Shown here in pieces: positions 1 to 15,200 of a DNA stretch of 64,000 nt. The stretch lies in NCBI GenBank assembly GCA_965235115.1, contig OZ249436.1, positions 56,978,001 to 57,042,000 of the forward strand, written 5' to 3'. The stretch's first letter is position 1, and the number at the start of each line of letters is the position of its first letter. Under the pieces are notes generated by a model. It was not told the origin of the DNA. It saw only the letters and a list, made by a program, of their open reading frames with translations, and did no database searches. The position numbers and the translations under genes were made by a program. The DNA comes from Laetmonice hystrix. Lineage: Eukaryota.

Positions 1-170
1 TTCTTTTTCAGTTTACCGGTACTTCCGTTGTCTACTGGCCTAGACTCTGGTACATCGTTACAGTACGAAATAATGTTGGTGAATAGAATTAGTCACGGCA
101 CTTCTCGTACTGACACGACCCATGGAACAATGACATACCTGTGTATTTATGATGCTTTCTTTCTTTCCAG

Positions 171-217
171 CTCCTACAATGGACCCAGGGGAACAGGCTG
201 AGGAGTTCTTCCAAAAG
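171..217 (+). CDS. BICC1: BicC coding exon (47 bp): (A)[15 protein letters not shown]
   Basis: ttctttccag acceptor and gttaga donor. Phase 1 to 0. Aligns to the BICC1 EDFFQK segment preceding IMEET. Confidence 0.85.
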
Positions 218-3200
218 GTTAGAAATAAATGAGCTTGATTGACTTGATTGATGTTTTAAGCTGACTAAGATGAATCCAAGGTATTTTTTCTATCTCCTTT
301 CGTCAGGTTCGTAACTGGGGCTAGTAACACTGATAGGGATTCTGATAGCTCTAAAAAGTAGCCGTAGTCATGCCTGACAGGAGCCATGGACCTAGAGCCC
401 ATAATGGGAGGGTACACCTTAAAAAATAGTATTCAGGGCATGTTTCAGATACATTCTTAATTGTTATCACGTTTGGGGATACGATGGACGTTTTTGAGGT
501 TTCATCATGAGATTTTAAATGATAAATAATCCAGGCACCCGGGTCTGTTTTCTTCAACTGGATAAACTGTACCAAGTACTTCTACTGCGCTGACACAAGA
601 AGATAAGTGAGGCGGATAGAAACATTGCAGTGCAAGACACATAGGAGACAGAACATCTGACAGTGTCACATAGTGAAGGAATGTGTCGTGAGTGTATGGC
701 ATGGTGCCCAAACTGCCAGTAAACCTCATTTAGTAGGGAACTCATGACTGATATCTGTCAGTCTACCAGTGTGCGCCAGGCCCGAGTATATGCGTCACAT
801 GTGCCGTAGCGTCGGTCGTGTCGGTGTTAAGATGGCTTTTGTCTTGTCTCACACTCCAGGATTTTCCCGTCAGTGAGGTATCATGATCGATGATTATATC
901 CTCAGGTAGCATCTCATAGTGGCTGGCACTCACGCTGTGGCTAATAACGTGTCCTTTTGTACTTTCAATTGCAATCATCCCGAAATAGGCAAAATGGGAA
1001 GTATCAGGGTTTTAAGAATTGTTTTTGTCAAAACCCAAAATGAAGTAGAATAATGAAATTTCCACATGCAGGCATGACATGCAGGCAGTGGCTTAGTTTA
1101 AGAGAATGTTTGTGGCCTCAGAGCTAGGAAAAGAAATTTGGAGGGAAAGCCTCACAATCTTTCAGGTTTAAACAAATTTGATCCGTCTTTTACTGAAGAA
1201 GATCGACCAGGCAATCAGAAGCGTTAAGCGTAAGCTTAGGCAAGATCTCAAGTTTGTAGGAGCTGGGCCTTGGATTTGGATTACTCCTTTGCAACAGCCA
1301 GGGTAAAGGTGAGGACGTCAGATTTACTAGGTGAGGAAACTAGGTGAGGAGTACCCGGAGAAAAAACCACCAACGGTTCAGCAGGTAGCTGACAGAATCT
1401 CCCTGCCCTGCAGTCACGTGTCGGGGCCTTAGACCACTGAGCTTCTGCCGTACACTGTAGAGGTGAAGTTTCAGACGGAATATGTTCATATTAGTACCAG
1501 TCTGCATATGTCAAAAGACCTACATATATATTTGGAATTATCTTTATGTCTGTTATGAATGATATTCCATTAATTACATTATGATAGTCATTAGAGTCTT
1601 TTCACCAAAAGGAAAATATTTTTATACCTTGGAGATATGCCTGTCGGTCTGGCCACGTTGTACACCACAAGCTGTCCGTTCGGAGGCGTGGCAGTGAATG
1701 ACCATGTTATCAGTAACACTGTTAGCTAGCTGTTCATCAGACAGAAACCTGCCAGGGACGACTGGAGGTTGCCAGGTAGGTTACCGGTATTCATCCATGC
1801 AAGGCTGCTGCCAGGTCTGTTGGCTTTTTCTGAGCTCTTAACCCAGCAGAGAGCGAGAGTGCAGGCCCCGACCTTGACCTCGGGCATGCTTATGTCCAAT
1901 GACAATATCTCAGATATGCGTACCTTTTTTAGTGATATAAGATATCATACTTGTATGACACAACTGTTATTGTCAAACAGTATCCATCTCTTTAAGTCTT
2001 GACGCGTTCCTCTGACAAAGAATTATCGCAGGAAGACCTTTTTAGAAATTTGGATTATACAGTTTTATGGTTTTAAGATTTGAAAAATTTAGAATAATTT
2101 AATAAAGTTACTGAGGGTCCATAAAGCGTATAGTTATTTTAGGTTGTAGATGGACTATTACAGTTCCAATCCATTGATGTACGCAGGTTCGGTGTATAAT
2201 AATAGTAGGCAAAGTCTCCAAAGGAAAGAATAGATGATAGAAAATCGATTATTTAGTACATGTATACATTATTGGTGATGTATATATACACGCTACAGTG
2301 ACGAATTATTGGCTTCACACTTCGAATGTCACAAATATAGAAATATTGTAGGCCCTATTTGTAAGCACATTCTTTTGACCTAATTGAAAATGTTAATCTC
2401 TCTGTATTGTCAAGGTTCGCACCATTGGGTGTTTTCCAAATGATATTTTACAGGTGGCTTTCAATGCACACGTTTTGGTTTTGTAAAGTTTTTTTATTGC
2501 TTTACCTCAATTTACTTTCCGGAAAGTTGAAAAACACATGGGATTTTAATATTCCATCAGTTAACATGAAAGACCTTGACTCAAAAGGTAACATTAGCAT
2601 TATTCAAAATTGTGTGAGGCGTGTTGAACCTTCTAGGTTATGGATTGATTCGTTTTTCCCAGGAAAAAACGTGTGTGAGAGAATGGTTAATATAAGCCAG
2701 TACTCAGTGGTTCCTTTTGATCAATAATGCAGATCGCACAGCAAGCGTCATAACTACTGGAGTGTTGCTTCGTCCACCACCGGGTTGATGACCAGCTAGA
2801 TACCAGAGCGTTGATCAGACTAATCATGCATACTGGAGTGTGCCGTTGTGTATTGGACAGGTCATTCAGATGCTGTGCGTGATTTATTATCTCTACTGAC
2901 CTCTTGCTTTGAGTTTGATTATTGACATGCAAGGTATGCGACACCCAAGCCTATGTGCACCGTTGTGAAGGTGGTCCAGGCAAATCTTTAAGTACACGTG
3001 CAACCTTACATAGCCATCCATCCATGATATTTTTCCTGACTGTATCTATCTTCACTTCTCCACATCAGACTGGCACCGTTATTATAACCTGCCGTGTCGT
3101 TTTAAGTCCCTTCCCGCCTTTCCCTCTGCATCGCAGCACCCAGGTCCGCTTAAAATCGTTGAGGAGGGGAGCGAGTTCCAAGACACCACGAGCTCGAGCC

Positions 3201-6200
3201 TGTGACAATCTGTATAGACATAGTCAAAATGTGTCCAAAATATAACGTTTTAATGTCAAGCATGTTTTCATCGGCATGCTCAGACTGTACCACAGTGTCC
3301 TGGTTTTGTGAAGTCTGTAACATTAGGAGACACAACTTTTAAGCAGGTTCTTGAGTCTGTCATCGTGGAAACTGGTGTGGGATTTGGCATCAGACTGGCA
3401 TGGAAAACACTTAAGAAGTATACTTTTCTTTTACATTCTTTTACACATTTCAAGAATAGCTAGATTACAAATATCTAGGAGGGGGAGAGTTCCAAAGTTT
3501 GTTTTCAAAAGAACTTTATGAAAAAGTGAAAGTAGTGTTGTCTTAAGGTGTTTTTAGAAGCAACTAAAGTCTCGGAGTCGGAAGGTAAAGAATTTTATAA
3601 ATAAAACGTTCTTCAGGACATGAAATTTTATGAACGTGTTTGCAGTTACTTGATCATTTGGTGCATGTCCCTAGAGAACTGACTTCAAACACGAGATTTG
3701 TTGTCCTGAATGGTGAGTAATGTGCAGCTGTCACTGAGCACCTCCATTGATGTTTTTGTTACTCTGGCGAGTTTCTACAAGGAATTGCAGTGGGCTTGAA
3801 CCTTAATGAAGCCAAAAATTAGTCTTAGATATGAAGATTCGCGAAAATGACAGGGCTTGTAATTTCAAAATAAATTTAATGGGCTTATATCGGGTGATCT
3901 ATTCCGAGTAGTACTTGTCAATGAGGTTCGCAAGAGGCACACGCTCTCTTGACTAAGGGGAGGGGGGCGTGTCCCCTCGGGGACCCTTGTGACCCCTACT
4001 GCGGTCACTACATACTGACCGGACACATTTGTTGAAGTAGTGGCCCCCTGGCGGTATCCATGTGAACACGGTGAGGCGTCAGTTTATCTGTGAATTAGGA
4101 CCAGGTGACATTCTCGATACATGACTTTACTGAGTTTAGGTATGAACTTAATCTGTTCAATTTAAACAAGTAAGGATTGGTTTCAGACCGACTCTAAACA
4201 ACGAACACAATGGAAGCAATTATTAGGTCAGTGGTGAATTAAGGTGGAGATATAAGTATAAGTTAGTAGGCCTACTTAACTATAGTTTGACAGGGACGGA
4301 CCGCAAGGTATTCAAATTTATGATTGCTTCTGGGATTTGTAGGCAGGATGCTGATTGATGGTAGCATACGGGATGATGGGCACGTGACGCACATGTTTTG
4401 TTTGGTTGGGATACCGGAGGGGCGGTGTGTCCTGACTGAACAGATCAACATACCAACTGTAAACACGTACTACCAACCATGGACTGATGAAAAGGACGTC
4501 ACAAAAAGCCCACTCTGGATACATGTACAAAACTAGTTTAGATAATTTAGATAGTTAAGTATAGTTTAGATAGTTAACAGTCTCTGCCTCCTGCCGTATA
4601 AAGGTACCGGTAAAGGTAGTTGATTAGAATACTGCTCACATTTTGCGACTGGATATATCTTAAAATGTACAGAAAGGTGACCTTTTTCGTTGGACGAAGT
4701 TTTGGACGTCTGATTTCAGCGTCGTCGCCACGAGTCGAGCATGATCATTCAGACCAACGTCTTTGGTTCTGGTAGTTACGGGTATTTATCTTCCTAGTAC
4801 AAAAAATTGGTTGTAAAATGGTTGGAAAAAAAGAAAATAGTCTCTGAATCAAACAAAGAGAATAGAAATAACGTAGAATAGCCCAGGAGGATTATCCTGG
4901 GAGGCAGCCTACATTCATCATACAAACACCATACAAGTGAACGCCTGGGTTGACAACCAGTATATGACACACGTGGTAGTTTGACATCTTTACCGACTTG
5001 TGCCAACAGAACCTGGGTCATCATTCACCATAGTCAGCACAATTATAACAACAGGTTAATTGGCGAGGTCTCTTTAGGAAGCATCCATTGGGGTTTTACC
5101 GGATCTGTCGGTATTTCAGCCGTATTCAGAGCCAGAATAATAATTGCAAGGCTTGTTCAGGTATTGATTCCCAAGGGATGACCTTTCGAGGTTTGTTCGG
5201 TACACAATTAAACACCACAACTTTTCAATTTGATCTGTAGCTATCAAAATGGTTTGGAGGCAGTATTTAGAAAAAACTGTTTTCTTTAAGAGGTACACGT
5301 AATGGTATGGACACCACGTTGTGTGTTGATGAGACCCAATATTGCCGACGGGCAGGGATAATTTCGGGCACATGTATCGTGTATTCCACCTGCTAGTGAT
5401 CATTCATAAGATGGGTAAACAACCCTCTCTTGTTAAAGGAAAAACGTAGTTTAACATGCAGTTCTTACGAACCGTTTTGCACCCAACCATGGGACTAGTT
5501 TGGCCTGTGTTACTTTTTTTAATTATTTAATTTATGCCAGTACCCCGTACGTGAACTGAGAGTATTTCATCATGTCATATTGTATTTGTAAAGTAGAAAT
5601 AAACACAGGCATTGAGATTCTTCTTCCCAACATCATATTCGAAATATACCTGTCGCTGTCCTAGCTCTTCTATTTCAACTTTGTTATTCAGTACTGACAG
5701 ACTTACCAGCATATTTCACTCTGTCACTTCTACTATTTAATTTGCACTGTACTATTTAATTAGCACTCTATGTGGCTATGTTGTCTACATGAGTTGGATC
5801 TAATCATCACGTGGACATGTCAGAAATCAGAGTGACCTTTCACAGTGTCTACCTGTGATTAAAGATAATGTTGAATCTAAGATTCAACCATGATACTACA
5901 CCTAGATGTAGCAGGACATATAATTATGATCACATTAAACGTGCAAGGAATGTAGCCGGGAACTAATCATCATATGGTGTTGAATTAGAAATGGCATTGT
6001 CAATCCCAGAATGTAGTCTTGGTATGGCCGACGTTTTACATAAATGTATATACCGTATTCGACCTACTTAGTGTACATACCCTAATAAGCGTACCCCCTC
6101 CCCGCTTTTTTAACCAGCCTAGACCAGATGGTTAGCGTTAGTTTTTACCCTTTTCAGCGCTGAGAGATTCTGCACAAAACATGTCTGGAAAACATACAAT

Positions 6201-9200
6201 CGTGGGAAGTACACGTACTGACAATTTATTACTTTTGAGAACTATTTCTTGAAAAAGACACCTGACTTAAGTTGCTTCTTTACAGTGACTCTAGTTTCAC
6301 GGTTTGTTTAGTCATCGGTACGTGTTGAGCCAGGTGCCTTGACTGTTCTGTACTGCCGGTATGTTGTATCATTTGGAGAAATCCACCAGGGTGTACGCTT
6401 ATTAGAACGTTTTTCCCCCTAAAAAGATTTTTAAGCGTACTGTACACTTATTAGGTCGAATACGGTATGTCACCAAATGCTGGCATATATGCGAGGCTGT
6501 TGTTAGAGAGATATCCTTCGTGTAGATAATTTTTTTTCTTTCCAGTGCCTACTATAATCCATGATGGGGCATGATTAGTCTAATTCGACGATCACTTATT
6601 TTGGGGGAAAGAATCAGGTCGAGAGAGTTGTGGTGCAGCAAGTTGCTAGTCAAAATAACGTCAAAACCAGTTCCGTTTAAAAATGCATGATTAGATGTTA
6701 TTGTTTATAGAAACCGTTCCGAGTTGCCATGAGTCAGTCCACGCACCTAGCTGGTATTTCCACCCAGTGTGGGTGGCTTGGTCGTATCTATGGAAAGTGT
6801 CAACCACTGTTGTTGTAATCACTGTGTTACTAGCGTCTTCAGCATGTTAACGCGCTCTACATAATACATTTATATCCTTTAGAATTACTCGCGCGGGCCC
6901 GTGTTTTACAAGAACATCCAGGAACATTGGTATAGAAGAGTGATGCAGTTGGGTTTGGCTCGTGATGAGACCATTGTTAATTAATGACGAAAAGATCCCG
7001 CATGAAATGTGAAGGCTTTGCTTTATGTATCAGTTAGGCCTGTTGTAATGTAATACTTAACTGGTGTTAGGATGGGTGGCAGAAGTTGTGCGGCCCTATC
7101 CAACTACGCCACCGGTACCAAAGTTTGCATTAAATCATCCATTTCCTGTTAGATGTACATTTTGTAGTGTCACACTTCGTGAGGAGAGCATTAAGAATGT
7201 TGTGTGGGTATGTTGAGGGGGAGGAGAGTTGTCTGGGGGCAATGAAGAGTTAAAGCATCATCGGAAAATGTCGGTTGGAGTCTGGAGTTGGACTTTCAAT
7301 ACAAAGCTCACTCCCCTTGGTAAAACACCGTATGACGGGTTATAATTGAGAGATGACAAAATGCTGATAATTGAGCTGCAAGAAAAGAGGGCAAAACGTT
7401 ATTATAGGTCAGTGGATATACTATGGAGGTCAGTGGACCAATGTAATTCCAGTATAATAATTATTCTTGTCAAGGGAGGACTTAAAACGTCGTTCATTTG
7501 TTTCGTGTTAACGCTGAAATGTTTGCAACGTGAAGAGTAAAGTATCTAACAATTCTTTTCTTTTATCTTGAACCAATCAACTTTGTGAGCCATTTAACGG
7601 AGGGAAGCTTGATATATGCACACACGTAAAGGTCGGGAGGGAAGGCCTCCACTAAAACTAGAGCCTCTTCTTTCCGTTCAACTGCAAACTTCTCGGAACG
7701 CTTCTGGATCATACCTTCCGAACTGTGTTGAGGCAGGTATGGATATTAGTTGAATGTTAGTGTTTATGAGTGTGACTCGCTCTAGACTTTGCCTAGAAGA
7801 TGTCACAACAGGAGATTTGGGCCTACAGATCAGAGTGCAAGATCTTGAAGTCCATCGAAATAAAACACATTGTAGTTATGGTAAAATTATAATAGAGAAT
7901 TTAAGTACTGTAAGGTCTAGATAAGTGTATCTCCGGGTGCATTAACTCGGTTAAAGTCTACGTAGTTCTCGTTGGTTGAAACGTAGACTTATATTCAGGG
8001 GACATTTTTTGGGGGGAGTAGCTGGATAATGGGGGGGGGGAGTCCCCCCCCCCAAAAGAAAAGGCCTGCAGGAAACCCTGATATGGACAATAATAGTCCA
8101 AGGTTACCGAAGCAAGAAGACTAAATTTAGGCACGTAGCCATGACGGCAGTCAACGTCAGCTCAAAGGTTTCAACAATATCCTATCTGAGTCTGTCCCGG
8201 ATCAGTCTGAGGACTCGATACCGTGGATTATGGTCGAACCATGCGCTAAACCCACCACCTTAGATTGGTGTTGGAAATCTCTGACGGCTGACGTGCAAAC
8301 TGAGGCTGGTCGGAAGTAAGAATGACAATGCCATGACAAGTGTTTCCGAGATGACCCTGTATCTCACCGACCGCCAACTATGCTGCCTGGACTCAGGCTC
8401 CGGTTGGTTGACATCATATGGCAGCAGCAGCATCCCCATGGTTAACCACAAAATATGCATTGTGTATCCAGCTGGTTTATCAATCTAAGATTATTCTTTT
8501 TAAACTATACAAATCTGCATTAACTAGATTGCCTTTATATGCCATTATGGTACTGTAATTTATCAATTGTGTGGACATGAATGTCCTGTAAACATGCCTA
8601 CCGTCAACCGTTAGGAAAAGACTGTTGGGCTTGCTGTAGGCCTACTGGCCATAGATTATAAATATGGGTTAAACCTACTTCTGTCTTTGAACTGGCCGAC
8701 GTAGATTGATGAATAACAACATTTGATCCCCATGAAAAGTTTAAACGCTGAGAGAAAACGCCAAAATATGATATGCCCAAAAGAAATGTCCCCATTACTT
8801 TGGGTTCACATCCCTGTGGTATTTGAAATCCATGGCGCCAGGGACCAAGCTTAATTTTTCCGCAGAGATGAGTGATGTGACTTGATGGGAAAGCAAATCT
8901 ATTCATGGCTGGTCACCTCCTGTCCCGTGGTTATACCTCAGTGCGATATCATAATGGTCGCGCAGCACATCCTTAACTAAAAATTACACAGGCGGAAGGA
9001 CAGTTTATTCTGACTTTTCACTGATGACTTACCTGTTAAAAGTGAGCGGTTTACAAGCATACATGCCCAGAAGGACAGTTCACCCAATAAGGAAACGCAC
9101 AGTGCAGTCTCATTCTATCCTGCCCCCCCCCCAACCCCCCCCCCCCCCCCCCACCCCGCCAACGAGACTCGGCCTGGGGAGAGCATGCCATGTGTCACAT

Positions 9201-12200
9201 CAGGTCTGATTGTAACTGGCCACCTGATTCGGTCGGATGATGATCCTTACCTGAAGTCAGCCAGTCCTCTATTGTTGTCCACCGCCACTGCAGGAGACAA
9301 GGCGATCATTCACCGCCAGGTGTCAAAGGTCAGAGGTCAGGCTGGGTCAGATACACAGAGACCTTGGACCAGTACCGTGTTGTCTAGGGTGGACGGCCAT
9401 TGGATGAGGGGACTTCCCCATTCCGGTTGACCTGCTGGATTTACTATTATGTTTATGAATGCCGTGTCAGCATGCCAACCTTGCACTGATATAGACCTAG
9501 ACTGTGATATTATATACGGTGTAACTGTCGTATGCCAGGATTTCTGTAGCAGCTGATTCTTTGGTTAACACAGTCCTGGTAGCCATTCTAATAACGTTGG
9601 CAAAATAATGGGTACAACGCCCGGGATAACTTAAAACCCACGAAATTTAGCCGGAAGTAAAGATCCATAGCCCTGACCTTATCCCTAACCCCGGTCCCTA
9701 CACCTCCTAGAAACATATCCTTATCCTTATCCCTGACCTTAACCCGAATCCCTTTCCAAAAATTTTGTGGGGAAGTTACCATGGGGAAAATAACCAAATA
9801 AGGGCAAAATCAAGGTGACAGAAATGATGATTATCAAAGCAGACCACTATTGAATGGCCACATATATATTCCGAGAATGTCAAGGTAACAGCCGGATTGG
9901 GCGAATATAGAACGATTGTTCTCATAAAGATGCAGTGCACAGACTGCTGCGAGTTTGCCTGGAATATTGTGTGTCAACAACAGGAGTGCTGAAAAACACA
10001 AAACCGGTGATTCACAAACAGGTGACCTGATCGCATAATATTATTAGGTCTACCGGAAGCAAAACGGCTAATCCTCACTGTGGCTGGAAGATATATACCA
10101 CAGCCACTGTCGAGGATAACTCGCATTCGTCGGTAGTCGGAAGTCATGGGAACTGGAGGTGAAGCAGTAAATCACCACTGGAAGTCATGGGCTGGGGTTG
10201 GCGAGTTAGAATCTGCTACATGCCCAGTGCTCCCGATTGGTTAGTGAAAGGACGGCATTGTAGCACTGCTTCTTCTATTTCCCTGCCACTTGTAGAATTG
10301 AGTGTGGCATCCCGGGGTGCGGGTTTAATTATTGATGTTATCACCTTAAATCATCTCTGATGGACATGTTAAATTGAAATGAAAATTGGAGAACATTTTG
10401 TGTACCTCATTGAACTTGGTCAAAGTGTATCGTGTGACCTAAGATATATTGATACCCCCCTCCTCCGGCACTCGACTATAAGGAGCCTGCGTAGTATGTC
10501 TTAACAGTCAATTATTTGATTAAATCTGGGAGTTAAAAGTTTCACGACGACAGCAACGATCTATACTTGTTGACAAGCAAAGTACACTCTTGAAAACACG
10601 GAAGGTTGTGTAGGCCGTGAATGGCTACAGCAATGAAATACTTCGTTACAGACCGCATTGTTTCATTCAGTATCAGTTCTACACTTAGAATCCATAAAGT
10701 TGGGATTTAACCATGTTTCATTTGCAATGTCTGCCTTAAAAGTTTTTTTTCCATAATCTTTTTTAGGCCCCAACCCGAAGGGGCGGGGACTTCTAATTCG
10801 CCCTCCTTTAATGCTTCTCAGAAGAGTATGGGTCAAATTGTATGAAACTTCACACATTGATCAGGCACGGTCTGGGGATGATGCACGTCAAATAGATTTT
10901 TGATATCCTTCTAAATGGCTGCTTGGTGACAAGAGAAGGCATACGGGCAACAAGCGTGTCAATTTATTTTGTGTTCAGATTATATATAAGTGTTCAAGAT
11001 AGCCATATACTTTCTTTCAACAAAGATTAAGAAGTCAATAAGTTCATTTGTCACTATTTCCCTTTACATTGAGTGACCTTGTGAGATCAATCCGGATCAG
11101 GGACATTTTCGACGATTCGTATCTTGAATGCGCTATTCCGCATCTCTCTACGCAGGAATTGTATGGATATTTTGCACTGGTTTTTAAATGTGTCAAAGGT
11201 TTGTCAGTCAGTTCCCGAAGGCCGGTGGTTACTTATTTACTTTCATCATCATCTTCACCGCCGTGATATGACCTTGGCTGTTGCAAGGCGTAAAACCCAA
11301 ATACCCACCTCAAATGTCACTTACAAGCTATTTCTAGTTGACGCTAGATATATGAATTTTCTTTGTAAAGCATAGGGCGAGATGGGGCGCGAATGTCCGG
11401 TCACGTGACACCCTGGCACCGCCTGGGTCTGGTGAATACAAACACCGTTGCCCTCTCGCTTCATTCAGATACATAGTGATAATGGTGACAAACTTTGCTG
11501 TTAATTACTGCAAAATCGGTCCTCATATATGTGAAAAGAGCGGTGGACCTGGTTTATCACTTTCCCAAGCAACTCAATGGCACCGAAGTGGAGAGCTAAA
11601 TGGCCCAGTTTGTTTAATTGGAAGGGTTTTAAAATGGCAAAGAAGTGAAAGCCGCGGAACACTGTGTTCGTCACTTGAACTATATCTAAAAAATACACAT
11701 AGTTCCTAGACACACAGATAATTTCAGTAATAAAAGCACCCAGCTTTAGTGAATAATAAGGGTTATCTTCAGGCGGTTGGATCCTGTTACTATACTGACC
11801 TTACATTATTCAGCCGATGAAATTCACCGGTTCATCGCCCAATGAATTTCATTGGCTGTTTAAGTCAGTGCCAGGTGAACAACCAGCCATAAGCGTAAAC
11901 GATCGCTTCATAGCGGCAACTGGAATGTTGAATTTCATGAGATTTCTCCATTTCTGTGGGTATATATTTATCTAACCTAACAGCCCATGTATGACCTGCA
12001 TTTTCGAGTAATTGAAATGAGAAATATTCTCAGATTGTTTTAGGCCACAAACTATACAAACGACAGAACTTTCATATTTGCTTTCATACTAACTGTGCAT
12101 ACATTATACCGTAGGTATATTTGTATTTATGTATTTTCTCACAGGTGATGGAGGAAACAAGCACGCAAATAACATGGCCTTCCAAATTGAAAATAGGTGC

Positions 12201-15200
12201 AAAATCAAAGAAAGGTGAGTAATATTTTATGGTTTCTTTTATATTGTCATTTCAAAAAGAAGTCTGCCAAGAGACAAGAACGCTCCTGTGCAAAGATTAT
12301 TACAAACACTATTACCGTGGCATAGATTCTTGTGGCTTCTTTCGGAAATGGGGCGGCTTTCCAACAACTGCTTTGAACATGAACTCCAGCATTGTCCTTT
12401 GTATGTGGATTCTTGTGTGAATGTATTAATTAATATTGACTATTGAGGGTGTTGGCACACGAGTCAGAATATTGGGGTGTATTGTAGAAGGATATGCTTG
12501 AAGCAGTACGTTGGACTGTGGCCGATCACGACAAGAGATAAAGTTCGAACTGCCAAGATAGGGGCCCGACGAGTTTGATTCAGCAACAGTAACGTACGGT
12601 GCTCGCTCTCTGACTTGACTCGGTCAAAATAGACCAGACAAAGAGACGAAGTACTTGGAGCCAGTGTTTATATTTATGAATTGAATCTTGGGTCGTATAT
12701 CGAGCAAAAGAGTCACGAAACCTGCTGTGGTTTGACCTTTCTGTTGAGCAAGAACCTTGAGAAATGGCCGGCCTCCACTGTGCTGTCATAGCTGGCAGGC
12801 CTCGGAACCGTGAGGCTGTGTATGGCCGCCCTGCAGGCTGACTCACTGTCTGCATATCAATCACACAAAATTCACCTGGTTGTACAAAAAATTCTAGTAG
12901 TACTTATTAAGTGGTGAACGACTTGTGGTAAATGCCGTATTTAAACAACCGGTCCCCCTCCAACAAAAGTTCTTATGATGTTGAAGTTGGCTGAAGAAAA
13001 TGTCAATTTTTATGAGTATTATGTTTTCAGGGAATGGTTGTTATTACATGTGAATTATTAGATTGTGGCAGATTTGCATTCTAAAAGATTGGGCAAATCA
13101 AATTTGGTATGAAGAGTAGAGTTGGCTTGTTTGCCTGAGTCTATTTGTTTTTAGAACTAGAGCCAAACCACAACTGTTGAACCAGTTTCATTGGGAAAAC
13201 AATCACCATAGGTCAAAACTCTTTATTTTGGACGATGTTGCATCTCCAGGCCCCTTCTGTACACAATTAAAAAATACTAAAGGGTGGGTCCGTTGGTCAA
13301 GTTACGACTGCCAAAGACTAGGCCGAGCCCGGCCTGCTAAACATCAACCAGCTATGTTACAACCGCTAATGTAACTAGACATCATGATTGCAAGCAATAC
13401 ACTAATCCCATTTCCTCCGGACGTCATGAGGAAAACGCCAGGTGCCATTCGTACGCTATCAAGTAACTAAAGTGGCCCATAGCCTTACCACTCTGCCATC
13501 TTGGTTTTACTGTCAGTCCTGGAACCTTTGTCCCAAATCTCAGAAAGGGTAATTGACAGAGGTCAAGTTATGGGAAAATTATCTCTGAAAACCATGTATG
13601 TCAAAACATTTCATAACTATGATTTTGACAAGGCCTCATATCCTGCGTGGTGGTGTTTTGGTATTCAGAGTCTGAAAAATGAGAGAAAAAAATTTCGGTA
13701 TTTGGTGGGATTCGAACCCATGATCTCCAGCCTTTAGGTCGGGCATGCTACCCACTCCGCTATTGAGACTCACGCTTGTAGGGGTACCTAGGTCCTATTT
13801 GAAATAGGTGGATGACGTCATGACACAAAAGAGTGACGTCACAGAAAATTTTTTGCATAAATCTAGCTCAGCATCCCATCCTCTTTAAGCATACTAAGTT
13901 TCATTAAGATCTGTTAAAAACTGCCAGAGATATGACCGATTTCTGGTAAACTTTATCTTTGAGAACCATGTATGTCAAAACATTTTATAACTATGACTGT
14001 GACAAGGCCTCATATCCTGCCTGGTGGTGTTTTGGTTTTCAGAGTGTGAAAAATGAGAAAAAAGTTTTTGTACTTGGTGGGATTCGAACCGATGATCTCC
14101 AGCCTTTAGGTCGGGCATGCTACCCACTCAGCTATTGAGACTCACGGGTATACAGGTACCTGGGTCCTATTTGAAATAGGTGGATGACCTTATGACACAA
14201 AAGAGTGACGTCACAGAAAAAAATTGCATAAATCTAGCTCGGCATCCCATCCTCTTTAAGCCTACCAAGTTTCATTAAGATCTGTTAAAAACTGCCAGAG
14301 ATATGACCGATTTCTGGTAAACTGACCAAAGAATCAAACTTTGATGTCACGTGATTCAGTGAAAAAAGGTCCGATCGCTAAACAACGGCCCCACAATTTT
14401 AAGCTATCCACTAGGAACATCCAGAAGTGGTTTGGTTAAGATTTTCAAAAAAATGAGAGAGTAGTAAGGATTTAACCATATTGTGACCTTTGACCCGAAT
14501 CTCAGAAAGGGTAATGATCCAAGGTCAAGTTATGGAACAAGTATCTTAGAGAACCATCCATGAAGAGGATCTATAACCAATATTTCCCCAAGTAACAGTA
14601 GTTTTGTGTTGGGAGTTGATAAATTGATGCTCCATGTGACGTGTTTGAGACGTCATAAAACGAAGACATGACGTCGCATGACGTCCTGCTTCATATGTAC
14701 AGATCTTCATCCCATGATGAACCCTCCCTGCAAGTTTCAACCTGCTATCTTGAAAAGTGACGGAGATATACCCCTTGTCTTACAACAGGAATAATAATAA
14801 ATAATAATAATAATAGTGTAGACGAAACCATACAAAATCAAAATCCCATTTCCCCGTCAGGGAAATGGGATAATAACGCCCACTATTGTAATAACTGGGG
14901 TGCTAGGGGGGTACCAGGGAAGTACCACCAGAGTACCGGACAGGACCAGGGGAGCATTTTTGGGGTACCCTCTGAGTACCCTCTGGGTACCCCCTGGGTA
15001 CCCAGAGGGTACCAACCGGGGGTTACCAGGGAAATACTACTGGAGTACCGGACAGGACCAGGTGAGCATTTTGGGGGTACCCCCTGAGTACCATGTGGTA
15101 CTTCCCTGGTACCCCCCTAGCACCCCAGTTATTACAATAGCGGTTGCGTTCGCCAGAATTCGCAACCGCTATTGTAATAAAACTTTGTTCAAGGGCTACC

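Larger units (their letters stand above)
13591..14331. repeat. Two tandem ~374-bp internal copies inside the HINE-like element
   Basis: accatgtatgtcaaaacatt at 13591 and 13965; both copies end in gatttctggtaaact. A diverged third copy of the leader lies near 14500-14570. Confidence 0.9.
13374..14872 (-). mobile_element. Non-autonomous Helentron-associated element (HINE/DINE-1-like)
   Basis: On the minus strand: 5' subTIR TATCCCATTTCCC, a nearby inverted copy GGGAAATGGGA and a (TTA)n microsatellite. At the 3' end: subTIR GGAAATGGGAT, hairpin ATTGC-TT-GCAAT and terminal CTAGT. Removing it restores the host TIR exactly, consistent with T|T insertion without a TSD (ends ambiguous by a TAA microhomology). 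Confidence 0.72.

Noticed and set aside
9670-9755. Telomere-like ccctaacc/ccttatcc repeats
   Set aside because: Too degenerate and short to call an interstitial telomeric array.
13703-14141. Functional tRNA genes
   Set aside because: No acceptor stem and a poor anticodon stem; duplicated inside a transposon. Kept only as tRNA-derived cassettes.
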